Below, in pieces: positions 62,038-64,000 of a DNA stretch of 64,000 nt. Origin of the DNA: an uncultured delta proteobacterium. GTDB taxonomy: Bacteria > Desulfobacterota > RBG-13-43-22. The DNA lies in the NCBI GenBank assembly GCA_963743305.1, contig CAVUPH010000013.1, positions 64,001 through 128,000 of the forward strand. Reading direction: 5' to 3'. How positions within the stretch are numbered: the first letter of the stretch is position 1; every line of letters begins with the position of its first letter. A model generated the notes under the pieces. That model saw nothing but the letters and a program-made list of their open reading frames with translations. It did not search any database and was not told the DNA's origin. The position numbers were made by a program, and so were the translations under genes.

Positions 62038-63264
62038 TTAATCGGAGAATCGCTTTGAACTGCGATTATCCCCCAAGAGCCTTTTTTTGCGAACCGACTG
62101 AATGGCCCCGTCCAGACGTTGTAGGAAGAGGGATCGATCTTTCTTTTGGAAAGGCGCCGGTCCGCCGGCCAGGGATCCGGCATCGCGTAATTGGGAAAGG
62201 AGATCGCGGGTGGCCAAGGCATCCCCGATGTTCTCTTCGGTAAAGGGGCGGCCTGTAGGCCGGAGCACCAGAGCCCCCCTCCCCAGACAGCGGGCGGCCA
62301 GGGGGATATCCCCGGAGATGACAATATCATCTGCTTCCAGGTGATCGACGATATAGTTGTCCGCCGCGTCAAAGTGATTGGTGACGATGACCAGTTCAAT
62401 CCAGTCCTCCACCGGGGTGCGCATCCGGGAATTGGCCACCAGGATGACCCGTAATCCGTAGCGTTCGGCCACCCGGTATATTTCTTCTTTCACCGGACAG
62501 GCATCGGCATCGACAAAGATGTCTAGCAAGAAGGGTCCTTCCGCGGGCGACTTTTTTTGGGTCTGCGGCGCCGGCAGCGATCCCATCGATCGCCGGTCGT
62601 GAATCGGGGCCAGCCAGATGGTGTGTCGTCTCCTGCCCAGATGGCCCCAGGGCCGCACTTCCTCCACCCCGAAATCCGCGCGACGCAGGCGCTGGGCAAA
62701 GGCCTGATCGGGTCCGGCCGACCAAACGGCTAGGATCCCGTCCGGCCGGAGGGCCCTCCGAATGACCTCCAGACCGGTGACGTCGTAGATCCGGTTATTA
62801 CCTTTACTGATCAGGTCCGCGGGGCCGTTGTCCACGTCCAGCAAAATGGCGTCGTAAGCCTGGTATTCGGATTGGAGTATTTTGACGACGTCCTCTTCCC
62901 GGACACGGACCCGTGGGTCTTGAAGCGGGTTGCCGGCCAAATGGGCCAGGGGGCCCCGGAGCCACCGGACCACCGCCGGCACCAGTTCGGCTACCACCAC
63001 TCGGCCCTGAGGTCCGATCCGGCGCAGAACCGCCGCCGTCGTGAACCCCAGACCCAACCCCCCGACCAGGATTCGGGGGCCGGCCCGGTCGGCGATCCGG
63101 GCGCAAGCCAATTCGCCCAAGGCGTCCTCCGAACTGTGGGCGGTGCTGTTCATGATTTCCCGGCCCTCCATCCGGATCGAAAACTCCTCCCCGCGCTTAT
63201 ACAGACGCAGCTCTTGGTCGTTTCCGGGTACCGAGGCGGTATCGAGTAATTCCCAGGGAATCAT
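62038..63264 (-). CDS. Spermidine-synthase-like SAM-dependent methyltransferase fused to a YaiI/YqxD (DUF188) domain
   Basis: VGGLGLGFT and ILLDVDNGP; then IFVDADACPVK, DAADNYI and DIPLAARCL in one open frame. Confidence 0.82.
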   Translation of the reverse strand: MIPWELLDTASVPGNDQELRLYKRGEEFSIRMEGREIMNSTAHSSEDALGELACARIADRAGPRILVGGLGLGFTTAAVLRRIGPQGRVVVAELVPAVVRWLRGPLAHLAGNPLQDPRVRVREEDVVKILQSEYQAYDAILLDVDNGPADLISKGNNRIYDVTGLEVIRRALRPDGILAVWSAGPDQAFAQRLRRADFGVEEVRPWGHLGRRRHTIWLAPIHDRRSMGSLPAPQTQKKSPAEGPFLLDIFVDADACPVKEEIYRVAERYGLRVILVANSRMRTPVEDWIELVIVTNHFDAADNYIVDHLEADDIVISGDIPLAARCLGRGALVLRPTGRPFTEENIGDALATRDLLSQLRDAGSLAGGPAPFQKKDRSLFLQRLDGAIQSVRKKRLLGDNRSSKRFSD

Positions 63265-63360
63265 GAGCGTTTCACCAAAGCAGCGGATGACGGTTTAAAG
63301 GCCAACGGGGAGAGATCAATGATTAATAGCCTCATAATTGTATTTACACGCTGATAAAAA

Positions 63361-63389
63361 GGGATTCTTCGCTCTCGCTCAGAATGACA
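63361..63389. repeat. Half REP-like element
   Basis: GGGATTCTTCGCTCTCGCTCAGAATGACA, the complementary arm type of the 6420 element. Confidence 0.6.
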
Positions 63390-63544
63390 AACTTGATCTG
63401 ACCGACTTATTCCGAGTCTGTCAATAACTAAGTTACCAGAAGTGCCAATCGAAGGCAAGCCGCCGGGGTTGTCGTTCACCTGCGCTGCCTGCGGGACCGG
63501 GGTGGCCGAATTGAGGACCCTCCGCTTGTTTGCCGGATCGAGGA

Positions 63545-64000
63545 TCACTTGCCGTGAGTCAGGGCGATCTTCTCGAACATGGTCACCAACCCCACGCAGA
63601 GCGAATAGATCGATTCGATTTTGAGGTTTTCCTCCGCGGTGACGTCAAAGAACAGGTGCAGCGAAGAATCCATACCGTCCTCTTTTTTCCAGTAACACAA
63701 TAAAACGGGCAGTCGGGGCAGGGGATGGATGACTACGGCGATATCCGAATTGAAGCGGTCGGGTGCGGGTTCACCCGCGAAAATTTCGATCAGCAGCTCA
63801 AGAAGTTCGGTATATTCGTCGATGACTTTTTTTAACGGCTTTTCGCAACGCTGCTCGAAAAGGCGCCACCAGTCCGCTCCGCCCTTGGTGTCTCTAAGCG
63901 GAAGCCACTCCCCTCGGGGCTCTCGACCGGCGCAATCCAGGAGATAGTTCAAAATCGGAATGGAAACCCAGCGGTTCACGTGGCAATCGGAATGGATGAC
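63545..64000 (-). CDS. DUF3786-like protein, C-terminal part (5' truncated by the window)
   Basis: IPILNYLL, WLPLRDTKGG, PLPRLPVLLCYW and LFFDVTA motifs. Confidence 0.7.
   Translation of the reverse strand, partial: VIHSDCHVNRWVSIPILNYLLDCAGREPRGEWLPLRDTKGGADWWRLFEQRCEKPLKKVIDEYTELLELLIEIFAGEPAPDRFNSDIAVVIHPLPRLPVLLCYWKKEDGMDSSLHLFFDVTAEENLKIESIYSLCVGLVTMFEKIALTHGK

Overview
A ~55% GC bacterial chromosomal window; gene content and repeat families suggest an anaerobic deltaproteobacterium (Desulfobacterota-like; inference). It carries housekeeping genes (SplB-like radical SAM, PpiC, DEAD-box helicase, typA, tRNA-Arg(CCT), glgA, polA). It also carries an ~18 kb organic-acid catabolic region: two phenylacetate-CoA-ligase-like genes, a 2-oxoacid:acceptor oxidoreductase with a GltD-like/ferredoxin subunit, a GlcDF-like dehydrogenase, two TRAP transporters, GntR and IclR. 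Other content includes an IS1380-family element, toxin-antitoxin modules and remnants, a MalT/BTAD-type regulator and many REP-like palindromes. The main hidden signal is UGA recoding, which the ORF track splits into fragments: (i) a TlpA/thioredoxin-fold protein with a UxxC motif (40705-41277), and (ii) two divergent MerB (organomercurial lyase)-like genes (44141-44845, 61276-62019). In each MerB-like gene both catalytic Cys positions are in-frame TGA codons followed by SECIS-like hairpins; the second hairpin is a 21-nt sequence identical in the two paralogs. At least a dozen genes have single-base frameshifts, probably assembly or sequencing errors, so some boundaries are reconstructions. 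No database searches were run; all family calls come from motif recognition.
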